Source of the DNA: Catajapyx aquilonaris
Taxonomy: Eukaryota
Direction of reading: 5' to 3'
NCBI GenBank assembly: GCA_000934665.2
Contig: JYFJ02003555.1
Location: 1 to 40,208 of the forward strand
Length of the DNA: 40,208 nt
Shown here: positions 1 through 10,570 of the stretch, in pieces
How the letters are laid out: each line of letters begins with the position of its first letter
How positions within the stretch are numbered: the stretch's first letter is position 1
The notes under the pieces: generated by a model
Seen by the model: only the letters and a program-made list of their open reading frames with translations
The model's database searches: none
Told to the model about the DNA's origin: nothing
Made by a program: the position numbers and the translations under genes

Positions 1-594
1 TCAAGTATCGCTGTGCCAAGCGGCTTGCTTCTATCATAAAATGCAGTTTTCTTTGCAAATATGTCGTGAACCGCTAGGACTATTAGCAAGGAATCTCTTT
101 ACGTGAAGCTTATGCACCATTTACCGACCACCCTGTATGTGACTCTTGGGTAATACACGAAAGCTGTTACTGAAGTACTCTTATAATCACAGAATAGGTA
201 GGCAATACGTAATAATAAATTTCCAATATCATTCAAGCAACTGGTCAATAAATTGGCAGAAAATATACACATGGAAATAGTCTGAAATAACAACAGGCTG
301 TATATGTCAGAAATAGCATCTGCATGAAAGAAAACTTCATGTAAAGAGAGAGCAAGAAAACATGCACATCAGCATGATGATGCTGGTAATAATTACTCGT
401 ATTTCAATATATTATGTGCAGAACATTCTTTTCCATCTTGACTTGTCATTTACTCTAGGTACCATTTTAAAACTGATTTCTTCTCCAACGTTTTAAGTAC
501 AAACAAAGTTTGTGATTATAACTGGTTTCGTCGTTATTTTCTCTGGCACCTTACAATTCAGCTGAAACTAGCTGAAGCCACTTTAAACCCAGTG

Positions 595-1113
595 CTAGGC
601 CTGGATCCTCTCAATCAAGACACACCAGTTGCCCTGATCATAATAACTCTTCTGCACAGCAACCTGCCCTTCACCAACTTCCCTCACTATACCCTCAAGT
701 TCTCCTTTCTGAAATACATGGTAATACCTGTGGAACACCTTCACCTCTTCCTCTGGGCATCCCTTGTGCTTGGTCTTCCAGGGAACCAGCAAATCCTGGT
801 GCTCAAAGTCAGTGCGGTTGGTGTGAACTGGCAATTTAATTGCTACATCTGACGGTGCTGTGGAGGCTTCATCTGCTTCTTGTGCAATCTCCACATCTCC
901 ATCATGTGCGTTTGGTAGCACTGCAGCAGACAAGCAAGACATGGACTTTTCTAGAAGAAGCGATGTTTGCCTACGTCGTCGGTTCTTCCGGCTCTGCTTT
1001 AAATAACTGCTCTTCTCCTCTATTTCTTGTTCCTTGGCCCAAACGTATATAAGTGCTTGCCCACCAACACGAAGGATGCGGATGATCTCCTTGACAGCTT
1101 GGCACCTCCGTTT
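595..1113 (-). CDS. ALKBH8: ALKBH8 exon 8 (MTase C-terminus, TAG stop)
   Basis: TTTCAG acceptor; [29 protein letters not shown]... continuous with ORF 595-942 ([16 protein letters not shown]). Confidence 0.93.
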   Translation of the reverse strand, partial: KRRCQAVKEIIRILRVGGQALIYVWAKEQEIEEKSSYLKQSRKNRRRRQTSLLLEKSMSCLSAAVLPNAHDGDVEIAQEADEASTAPSDVAIKLPVHTNRTDFEHQDLLVPWKTKHKGCPEEEVKVFHRYYHVFQKGELEGIVREVGEGQVAVQKSYYDQGNWCVLIERIQA

Positions 1114-4100
1114 CTGAAATTGATAATTGCCCGGCCATTATTATTTTGAGACAGAAAATATATATCACCATACTCAATGCCTTTGGGACTGCATTACAAA
1201 CAGGCACTAATTGGACTTGACTGATGTCATTGAGAACTAAATCAGAGCTGATCTTCATTACACAGCATGAGGACAAAGTAACCTCTTTGAGTTTGCATAT
1301 TTGCTAATAAAAGCACCTTAAGGGCGCACGATCACGACGATTTTTCCCACTCGCGGAGGCCAAGTTCGGCCGACGGACGGGTGCAGCATTGTGTTCGCAC
1401 CGCCGGTGTGGCCGTCTCGCTGGAGGTGCGGACCTGAAATTGTCACAGCATGGCGAGGAAGAGCCAATTGAGCCTCCCGACCAAGGCTCGATCAATTCGG
1501 ATAATAATTGAGCGATCTAGAAGGGGAAGAGTTTTTAAAAAACGGGTCGTGGCATCTTGGCTCAGGATGCGAATTTGGGAAGAATCTCGCCTTCTCACGA
1601 TGGCCTTAGCCCTCCTCTTGCTACTCCTCCAAAGCGCGATTTTTTGGGCCGGTGGTTTTTGCGCAAGTAGAAAAATGCCGTCACCCCCGCAACAAGTAAA
1701 ATAGCCGGGAGAACTCGCTGATGAAGAACGGTTGGTAGTGCAGCCGAGCCCCCCCCCCACCTCAACCAACCCTACTCTCCACTTGCTTGCTGCAGGGGGG
1801 AACCGGATTGGGATGGGCTAAAAGGGTACGGACGATGCCTGGTGTTCTGCGTAATCGTGGAATGCATACCATAGAGAATATCACTGAATATGACTTATGC
1901 ATTATTTCCCCCGGAAAATGCATTGAAGCGCTGGCCAATGGACGGAACAAATCGACTTGCTTCGTGCGGAAGCGAATCATTGCTATTTTTACTATTTCTT
2001 TCCATTTTTGTTGTTGTTGGTGGTGGTGGTGGTGTTATTATTATTATTATGATCATTAATGATGATGATGCTAATAATGCGGTCACTCGCATTGTACGCG
2101 TGGGACCAATTTTTCTGACCCACATGCAACCAAACTTGTCAATCGAGTTCAATAATCCTTATACGTTATACCCCGGGCGTAGGTAAGTTGGGGGTCCTCC
2201 TGTCGCCTCAAGTGCTCCACCCTTCGACCCTCCAGGGCGATGTGTGGACCTTCCCAGATGCCATCCAAGTGCACGAGGTCATGGGCTGATGCAGAGAAAG
2301 GGAGCAATTAGCAGGAGGACCCCCAACTTACCTACCCCCGGGGTATAAGGATTATTGAACTCGATTGACAAGTTTGGTTTCATATGCGTCAGAAAAATTG
2401 GTCCCACGCGTACCATGCGAGTGACCACATTATTAGCATCATCATCATTAACGATCATAATAATAATAATAACACCACCACCACCAACAACAACAACAAA
2501 AATGGAAAGAAATAGTAAAAATAGCAATGATTCGCTTCCGCAGGAAGCAAGTCGATTTGTTCCGTCCATTGGCCTGCGCTTCAATGCATTTGCCGGGGAA
2601 AATAATGTATAAGTCATATTCAGTGATATTCTCTATGGTATGCATTCCACGATTACGCAGAACACCAGGCATCGTCCGTACCCATTTAGCCCAAAAACCA
2701 TCCCAATCCGGTTCCCCCCTCCCGGCTATTTTACTTGTTGCGGGGGTGACGGCATTTTTCTACTTGCGCAAAAACCACCGGCCCAAAAAATCGCGCTTTG
2801 GAGTAGCAGCAAGAGGAGGGCTAAGGCCATCGTGAGAAGGTGAGATTCTTCCCAAATTCGCATCCTGAGCCAAGATGCCGCGACCCGTTTTTAAAAAACT
2901 CTTCCCCTTCCAGATCGCACAATTTTTATCCGAATTGATCGAGCCTTGGTCGGGAGGCTCAATTGGCTCTTCGTCGCCATGCTGTGACAATTTCAGGTCC
3001 GCACCTACAGCGAGACGGCCACACCGGCGGTGCGAACACAACGCTGCACCCGTCCCTCGGCCCAACTTGGCCTCCGCGAGTGGGAAAAATCGTCGTGATC
3101 GTGCGCCCTTAACGTCTTCTCTTTGGTACAAATGGTTTGGTTTAGGAGGTCACGCATTTCCCGTTCTAGAAACAGTTACAACTGCCAAATAAGTGTGTCA
3201 AGTAGTAAAACTTGCCTCTGTAGCTAGGTGATGTATGACAGCAATACTGATGCATGCATCTGCAGATTGGGACCTGATTGGTATTTCCATACAATCACCA
3301 ATCAACACTGGAAATCCTCTCTGCTTGCAAATTTGAATTAGACCATTGCTAGTGTCACAGCCTATCTAAAAATGCAAAGAGGAAATGAAGTATTAGAACC
3401 AAATTCATAAGAAAATATTGTTGCCACCAACACATACTAACCTCTACAACGTGTGAGTTGATTCCCAAATACTTCCCATTTCCACAACCTACATCAATCA
3501 GGATGGATCCACAAGGCTGTGACTTGACAAAGTTTTCCACTTGGGGCCAAGGTTTGTGCCTTGTCTCACTGAAATGCCCTGCAATTTCTTCATAAACCTT
3601 TCTCACATGGACATCTTCAAGGCGCCTAGCTAGATGTTCATCCACTGGTTTGACTTTGGCATCAGTACGTTTCGGTTGTGGATCATTCTGTTGTGAATCA
3701 CATTGACTTGGAAAATTACACTTGCATGGTCCATTACGTTTGACTAGTCGGAATGTGAGAGAGACACGTGTGCCTCTTGGTGACAATGTCAGGCCTCTTG
3801 CTGATGATGGAATTACATCTGATTTTCTTGGAGTTATGCCATGGCTCCATAGGTATCTGGTAATAATCAGAGGATACATATTAAAATTATTAACTATTAT
3901 TATACTATTCACGAATACAATGATCCAAATTAATTGTTCATCACAAATAATATTTAAAGGCAATGCCTGTGTATGAAGTATGATTAGGTTTTTCTGGAAA
4001 TTGTCTAAAAAATACACTGTTTCTTGTACAGTGAGGCCTGACTATAGCAGACAATGGATTCAGAAAAATCTTGTTCATTACAATATTATTGTTTGGCCCT

Positions 4101-5576
4101 GATGGTGGATATCAAGTGCATTTTTCTCATGCATACGAGAAACCTGTTCAGCATGAAGCATATCTGTGCAATGGATCAGTTCCAATGTGTAGCGTTCTCA
4201 GCATTTCTTCTCTTGTAACGTGAGGTAGAAACTTGCACTTTATATTGAGAACTGATTAACAAATTGTGTAACATAACCAAGAACAAATTATGCAAAGGTG
4301 ACACAAACATACCTTGCCTCGTCATCCATTATAAGTACGGACCTCCGCGTTAAAAGTAGAGGAACATTGCAGCCATCAGGATCACGAAAATCCATCACAT
4401 ACTGTGATCCTAAAGACACAGATATGATAGGCCCTTCAAAACTGCTGTGTGTGTCTATATGAGGTGGAATACCTGCAAAAATGTACTGGAATTAAAGCAA
4501 GCAAGAGTGGTTGTAGCACAGCATTTCAATGATAATGTACGAGTATTAAAGCAGATCCAAATGCGATAATAGCAATTATTATCTGCTGTGAACCACTTCT
4601 TAAATGGCACTGTTTATAATCAGATATTACTTTAAAACTGTGACTTCCAGTCCAATAATTGCATTAATAATTTTAACTAATGGTTCTTGGCAAACAAATT
4701 TTGTGCACCTTTGTTATCAGAGGCTAATGCAAATCCATGCTTACCTTGTCCTGGTAAATATTCATTAATGGTGAGTTGATCGGGTGGGCAAGTCACATAT
4801 TTACATGCAAACAGGCGGTCAATTATTGGCTTGCATTCTTGAGGAATCTGCCTTTGAAGTGGGTTGTCCTTGTCAACAGTCGAGGAGTCATACCGAAATT
4901 CAAACCCATAATGCATCACAAAGCGATGTTTTAATGACTGCCCTACAACAAGACACAAAATTATCACCTGTGATGTGATATAACTAATAATGGTTTCTAC
5001 CTGATGCTTCTTCCTTGTGCTTGTTAACCAATTTCAAGAGCTCCTCTTCCTCACAATGTGTCACAAAGTCTTCAAGAAGAGTAAGGCCTTTTGGGAGTTC
5101 CTGATCCTTCCATAGATCATCATAATCTGGCACTGTCAATCAGGTTGGTTAAACACACGAGTTTTAGTGCATTCCAGAAATATATTGATAATAATGATTA
5201 TCAAATAATAATGTTAAGACTACTGTGTCCTATCTTTCAAAAGACTGCTTGTACAGTATTACAATCCATGTCATTTGCCCATAAATTCTCATCTACTGCA
5301 TCAAAAACTTAACAATACAAAGTTAACTAACTCCTCTCTGCAAAGGCCAGGTAAAGGGGCCGTCTTGGATCAGCAGGCAATCCCACCAGTCCATTCACAC
5401 TGTCCACGGCCTTAGATGCAGAGTCCACATCAGCAAATTGCACGAAGCTGTAAGGCCTATCTTTAACCATGGCCACAGCCTCCATCGCTCCATAAGGAAG
5501 GAAGAATTCAATCAGATCCTCCCGGCTGCAGCTAGTCCCCAAACCTGCATTGCACACCAACACATACTGCAAATAG

Positions 5577-5623
<47 letters not shown>

Positions 5624-5848
5624 GAGCAGAACACGTGGTCCTCACGAGACATAATTTTTCTCTTCCCACATTCGTGTCTCCCCAGTGCAGCCTAGCTTTC
5701 CAACAACTGCAAATTGTACCCGTACCTTTGTGGGGAAGTCCAGGCACTGTATTTCCTCCTGCTTCCAGACCTGACTCTGCGTCCGTATAACTTTCCGGCG
5801 ACTTTTTCGTCCGATTTTAGAGCTGGACTTGGCTACAACCGCCGCCAT
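595..5848 (-). CDS. ALKBH8: ALKBH8 tRNA wobble-uridine methyltransferase/dioxygenase, complete spliced gene; join 5726-5848, 5332-5566, 5001-5132, 4745-4942, 4313-4472, 3442-3856, 3216-3365, 595-1113 (1932 nt, ~643 aa)
   Basis: Spliced translation gives RRM (YSFVQF), AlkB 2OG-Fe(II) domain ([40 protein letters not shown]), CKC..C Zn site and Trm9-like MTase ([57 protein letters not shown]). All intron phases are consistent. Confidence 0.96.
1322..3108. mobile_element. Non-autonomous foldback DNA transposon, Kolobok-like (TTAA TSD, GG...CC ends), in ALKBH8 intron 7
   Basis: TTAA at 1318-1321 and 3109-3112; arm 1322-2202 is the reverse complement of 2312-3108 (roughly 95% by eye, ~84-bp extra in the left arm); ~110-bp spacer; no transposase ORF. 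Confidence 0.88.
3216..3365 (-). CDS. ALKBH8: ALKBH8 exon 7 (MTase), followed by a GC donor
   Basis: TTTTTAG acceptor; IGCDTSNGL...[15 protein letters not shown]; donor GAG|GCAAGT; read-through hits a stop within 6 codons. Confidence 0.9.
3442..3856 (-). CDS. ALKBH8: ALKBH8 exon 6 (end of AlkB domain, Zn site, MTase motif I)
   Basis: RYLWSHGI...RVSLTFR...[11 protein letters not shown]...[10 protein letters not shown]; donor GAG|GTTAGT. Confidence 0.95.
4313..4472 (-). CDS. ALKBH8: ALKBH8 exon 5 (HxD iron-binding motif)
   Basis: TTTTGCAG acceptor; [23 protein letters not shown]...DEAR; donor AAG|GTATGT; not in the ORF track. Confidence 0.93.
4745..4942 (-). CDS. ALKBH8: ALKBH8 exon 4 (AlkB domain)
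   Basis: TTGTAG acceptor; [15 protein letters not shown]...[13 protein letters not shown]; donor AAG|GTAAGC. Confidence 0.93.
5001..5132 (-). CDS. ALKBH8: ALKBH8 exon 3
   Basis: GACAG acceptor; [23 protein letters not shown]...; donor CAG|GTAGAA; not in the ORF track. Confidence 0.88.
5332..5566 (-). CDS. ALKBH8: ALKBH8 exon 2 (RRM)
   Basis: TTTGCAG acceptor; YVLVCNAGL...PLYLAFAER; donor A|GTTAGT, phase 1. Confidence 0.9.
5577..5623. repeat. (ATT)n microsatellite, ~15 units, in ALKBH8 intron 1
   Basis: Direct reading. Confidence 0.95.
5726..5848 (-). CDS. ALKBH8: ALKBH8 coding exon 1 (MAAVVAK...FPTK)
   Basis: ATG in CAAAATGGCG context; donor AAG|GTACGG, phase 0. Confidence 0.85.
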
Positions 5849-5853
5849 TTTGA
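5838..5853 (-). promoter_or_regulatory. YY1/Pho-like motif overlapping the ALKBH8 start codon (CAAAATGGCGGCGG)
   Basis: Matches YY1 consensus CAA(A/G)ATGGCGGC; also a good Kozak context. Confidence 0.5.
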
Positions 5854-6149
5854 ACTGCGGTCATGTTCATGTTGCCACCCCTGCATCCTTGTACTATCTA
5901 AGAAAAATTCAGTAATAACTATTTACATACACTGCATGACTGTTGCTAATAATATTTAACCAATTTTGGCATATTCGTGTTTTAAAAACTGGTTCGTATA
6001 AATGTTTACATTCGTCTAAAAAGCAGTGAATCATAAGTAGCTATCTGGCAATGTAACTGTTATATCTAATGTAGCTGTGTGGAATTAGCGGCAATGGCTA
6101 CACTTCGAACGTTTGTCTAGAACGAACAAGCTTCACGTTCTTCGGCTTA

Positions 6150-6595
6150 GATCATCTTGTCCAGGACGACTGGCTGCCCGGCGTCCGACTGAAATTGGCC
6201 GGGACATCTCGTCTTGCGGATATATTGCCCAATAAGGCTGTCATCAATGGCATGCTCGTCGAAACAGATGTGGACTGAAGAGGCGAGTCATTTTTCTTAA
6301 CAAATCTTTATCTACATAGGTTCACCTGGACCTGATGGGGTCTTTTAAAAAAATAATGTTGTAGATCAGATATTAATATACTATACTGTATGCTGGTCAT
6401 GATTACATATCATCATGCCGATCATGGTCATCCCATACAGGGGGAGAGGCCATTGAAGTTATAATCAATGAATGGAGACAGGTTGAATGATACCTTCTTC
6501 ACTGTCTGGAGGGGAAAAAAACATTCACCCACCTCTTTACCTTATACGTATGAAATCCACTCCCTTTGGAACACCCACTGCAATAATTGAGGGTA
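6150..6595 (+). pseudogene. Highly degraded Gypsy/Ginger-type integrase fragment
   Basis: Motif remnants in the expected order with stops/frameshifts: YIAQ*GCHQ (Zn-finger-like), VHLDLMGSF at 6320, DYISS(W)PIMVIP, FGTPTAII near 6565. Confidence 0.35.
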
Positions 6596-6999
6596 CCTAG
6601 AGGTACGTGGAATTGTCATATACTATGCATGTGAAAGGGGTACCATATACCTTGGAAACAGCTTGGAAATTATGTTATGCAAGGCCTCACAACTGCACAT
6701 AATTTCTAAGCCTCAGGTTACCTTCAGTATAGTTATCATGCTTGGTTGTCCAGAGTGTGTGGCATTCCGATAGAGCTGTGGGTGGAATCCACCTTTTAAC
6801 AGAGAAAATGAATGTGTATTTTATTGTACATTTAAGTGACAAGGCTCAGGGATATGAAAGTATTCATGTCAACCATATGCAACCAAAGTAGTGAAAAAAG
6901 AAGTATAGAACAGGTATGCTGGTGTTTCACTTATAGGTACTTCTTACACATCAAGAGCAGGTTTGATTGACATACATCTGAGCAAAAATGTCATCAGTA

Positions 7000-7213
7000 C
7001 ACTGTAAACCGCAAAACATTAAAAGAGCATCACTGGTGAGTCTCTCATGGAACATCAATTTTTAATGCTTTCTAATTTTCTTGTGATGCTCTGCATTTTT
7101 GTTGCTAAAAAGCATCACAATAGCATTAGCAGAGCATTAGAAGAGCATTAAAAATTGATGTTCCATGAGAGACTCACCAGTGATGCTCTTTTAATGTTTT
7201 GCTGTTCACAGTG
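7000..7213. mobile_element. Palindromic MITE, CACTG...CAGTG ends, TA TSD (CMC/EnSpm-like or TA-class), copy 1
   Basis: ~75-bp inverted arms (CACTGTAAACCGCAAAACATTAAAAGAGCATCACTGG...); TA at 6998-6999 and 7214-7215; second copy at 36320. Confidence 0.85.
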
Positions 7214-7723
7214 TACACAAACATTTGTGGGAGTCCAGCATACAGGGTGTGTTGCTTTTCCCCGACAACTGTGAAGAAGCACTGCTGCCTGCTGGTAATA
7301 ATGGTTGGTGGATCATGGAATAAAGTCCTCTATCGGCTCTATGTCCCTGTCGTCACCTGGCCTTAATGAAAACAGTTGGTTAAATTCCTGATCAGGGGTG
7401 TGTGAATTTTTTACCCTCTCCACTATAAACCCTCAGCTTTCAGTCAAATAGTCAATGGGCAAATGAGACTTTTCTAGACAAAGACTTTTCTACCTCGATT
7501 TATTTGCACTCATGACTGTGTGCATAACCAGGCACTTTCATTAAATTGGCCTTGGTAGTATGTTTCAACTTTGGAAATCACCCACGTGCCTTCCTAATAT
7601 GTTTTCATTTCATAAGTCCAAGTAATACTGTACTATTTTTAAAATGCACACTTATGTTGCAGGACATTCATAAACAGCATGTTATGAGAGGCATAATATA
7701 TTTGATATTGGTTGACTATGCTA

Positions 7724-8232
7724 CAGAGATGGGCAGTATTTAAATACAAATATATTTAAATATGTATTTAAATACTTTTTGGTATTTAGAGATGTAACTA
7801 CATTGGTTCTCCTGTATTTAAATACTGTATTTCAATACATTTCTGGGTATTTAAATAAACATTTAAATACATATCGTAAATACTTTCCCTTACTCCCTTT
7901 TAATTTATATATCCATAAGTCTTAATTCTGAAACCTAATTATAGAATGGATATAAAAGTAGAAATCTCTTATGTTTTCTTATTTTTATCCAAAGCATGAT
8001 GGTAAGAAATTAGTAGCACATTAACAAAAAATGTATTTGAAATGTATTTACAAAAATATGTGTAAATACTTTTGATGTATTTAGTATTTAGTATCTAAAT
8101 ACTTTCTTATGCAGTATTTAGTATTTAATTACATTTGTATGCAGTAGTTAGTATTTAGTATTTAATTACATTTGTATGCAGTAGTTAGTATTTAGTATTT
8201 AATTGCATTCAAAAATTTAGTGCCCATCACTG
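7724..8232. mobile_element. hAT-type MITE with internal [16 protein letters not shown] repeats
   Basis: TIR CAGAGATGGGCA...TGCCCATCACTG; near-perfect 8-bp TSD ACTATGC(T)A / ACTATGCA; AT-rich subterminal repeats. Confidence 0.8.
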
Positions 8233-9244
8233 ACTATGCACTAAATCTCAGGATGCATATTGTTGTAGTTTCGGAGTTAGTCAAAGTCACTGCATAAAGT
8301 TCCTTACGTGGAGACAAGACAATCTTGCTTAACACCAATATTAACGATAATCCTGTCAACCCCCCCCCCCCCTATTTATCATGAGCTCTTGAGTATCATA
8401 TGAAAGAATTTCATTGATGTAGATATGAGCTGATGTTTGGGCCATATTGTATGAAAAGCCCTCATATCTATCATGACTTCAAGTAACATCACTTTAATAA
8501 TTCAGATGTAGTGGGTACCATCTACCAAAGCTTCTATGAACATTTTCTATTAATTGACAAAGCAGTTTCAGGCAATTGGCAGCACATTTCAACCTGACTT
8601 GTTGCAGTTCATTGTCTTATAGTAGCCTATACTTTGTGCTCATTGACACTGCACTGCTTTGTTTGCAATATTTCAGTGTCATGCTTTCTGCAATGGCATA
8701 TTACTGTATATTCTAATGACCAATAAGTGTGTCATAAAAACTTGTAAGTATCCATAAAGTAAGATGGTAAAACGTAGCATCATAATAATATTGAGTACAG
8801 TAGTAGGTCTACATGGAGTGACATGGAGTTTATGAAGCATGTTATAAATTATGATAAGAAGGCAGACCAGTTCTGCAGAAAAAGATAGACATTATTGGAT
8901 CTACCTGCAACTTACAAAATTTGACCTTGTAATCCCCGCTGCACATAGAAAAACTAGCTTGTGATGATATATTATACAGAATGTATCTTTAATAACCAAT
9001 TCCAGAAGGGTATGATGCACTATTATATTACTGGTGCCGGTACGTGCACAGAATTTGGCACCAGAATGAAAAATGTCTCACACCTTTGCTCACACCATTG
9101 TCATTTCCTTGCTAACACATTTGAACATATCATTTTACATTACACTAATTTTTTTAACATTTCAAAAAGGCACCTCCACAATGCACTTGACTTCAAAACG
9201 TGATGGCATACTGGTACTGAACAGGGGTCTAAATCCATAACCAC

Positions 9245-9454
9245 GTCCTACTAAGGTGTGGTCTTTCATTGCCTTGTCTTTGCCTTGGGGGGGTCTCTCA
9301 GACCATCTACCCCATGCTCACGAAAGACCTGAATCCAGTGCTGGACAGCCTCTTCTGTCACCTGGAGAGCAACAGCGATCTCACTGGCACTTTGTCCACA
9401 TTCCCACCTCCCAATAATTATCCCTCGGCTCGCCTCAGATATGTTGTCAGGCAT
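9245..9454 (-). pseudogene. Tc1/mariner transposase N-terminal HTH fragment
   Basis: MPDNISEASRGIIIGRWECGQSASEIAVALQVTEEAVQHWIQVFREHG, then R Q*KTTP**D, a decayed GRPRKTT linker; no DDE domain seen. Confidence 0.7.
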
Positions 9455-9829
9455 CTTGTAAGTGGCTCAAAAGGTCACCCAGTATAAGGCTGGTATTTTT
9501 GTACCTGTAATCAAGAGCTCTTGCTGTAATTGATAGGCCTGAAATTAACAACATGTACAGCAAGACAGGTTCACCATTATTATTTCTGGATTCATCAAGT
9601 AGTGTAGTTAATTATTTTTAAATGCCCATAATTGGTAAGATAGCTGGGGGAGAAACAGCCCACATAATAAGTGATGGTGATTAGGTCACAAACTACACCA
9701 ATGTTCACCAATGTTGGCAGCTAGGCATGAAAATCCTGCAAAACCTTGTCCTATGATTTTAAGGAACACATACCGTTTCTTTCCAGCTAACCACGCTTTT
9801 TAAAATCACATTTATCTCTACTTATTTGC

Positions 9830-10570
9830 AACTATCCCGCGTCTCCTGCAAGTGTAAGTTAATCGTGGGCGGCGTCACCTTACAGAGTTATCCTTCCCCG
9901 GTGACGGCGTGGAGCTCTCAGCAGTCACTTTTATTGAATTTAAAACAAAGCCGCAACATGAACCTACATTGTAACCAGCATGCTTCATGCAATATGACTT
10001 GAGTGCTTTTGCAAAAATATTTTGATTGCATAACGAGCTGGAATTTGTGCGTGAAAAGTGTGCAAAGACACACTCCTTCTAAAGTTCAGATCGATTTTAG
10101 GTGGCGACGGCGTGAACAGCTGCCTGGTATTATCCATGTTGAAACCGGAATTAATCATATTTTGGCACGTTTTAGAAACGTGTATGTCTTATTAGCAGGG
10201 GAAGACCAGGGTATGACCTTCTGATAATGGACAATAATTGGAAAATGAGAGAAACTACTCCAAAAGTTTGCTCAAAGACGGGGGAAATACGAGGGATGGA
10301 AATTCTGTGTAGTTTGTCTGTCGATACCTCCTCGATTTATCTTTATAATTCGGAAATTAGATGGTGTTTTTGCAAAATAATGGTTGTGATTTGTCAACGG
10401 GACTGAGTTTTATGGTGTTGCATCCGAATTAAAAATTCGGGGAGATTTGGTACTGAGAAATTAAATGTTCTTTTTCTTGATGTTTGAAGCTAGTTATCTT
10501 TGAACTCTGACCTGCTAATTTTTTTGTTCGCCTTCCAAAGCTCTTACAAGTTGACCAACTTCCATATTCA
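9830..10570. repeat. Diverged non-coding duplicate, copy A (direct repeat of ~12300-13030)
   Basis: Collinear shared blocks at offsets 2458-2471: CGGCGTCA, CGGCGTG, AGGTGGCGACGGCGT, GTATTATC, TCGATACC, TCAACGGGACTG, CCGAATTAAAAATTC. Confidence 0.75.

Noticed and set aside
1304..3192. Many paired ORFs on both strands (e.g. [20 protein letters not shown]) that look like a duplicated gene cassette
   Set aside because: They are mirror translations of the two foldback arms and their simple repeats; no domain similarity, and they lie in an ALKBH8 intron
3355..4017. 220-aa ORF as a stand-alone methyltransferase gene
   Set aside because: It is ALKBH8 exon 6 with intronic read-through on both sides
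8105..8210. Tandem ~37-bp repeats, superficially CRISPR-like
   Set aside because: No unique spacers, no cas genes, eukaryotic context; they are internal repeats of the hAT MITE
10003..10224. ORF containing RWRRR shared with the duplicate at ~12.57 kb as a paralogous protein pair
   Set aside because: The frame is not preserved upstream between copies and similarity is confined to exact DNA blocks
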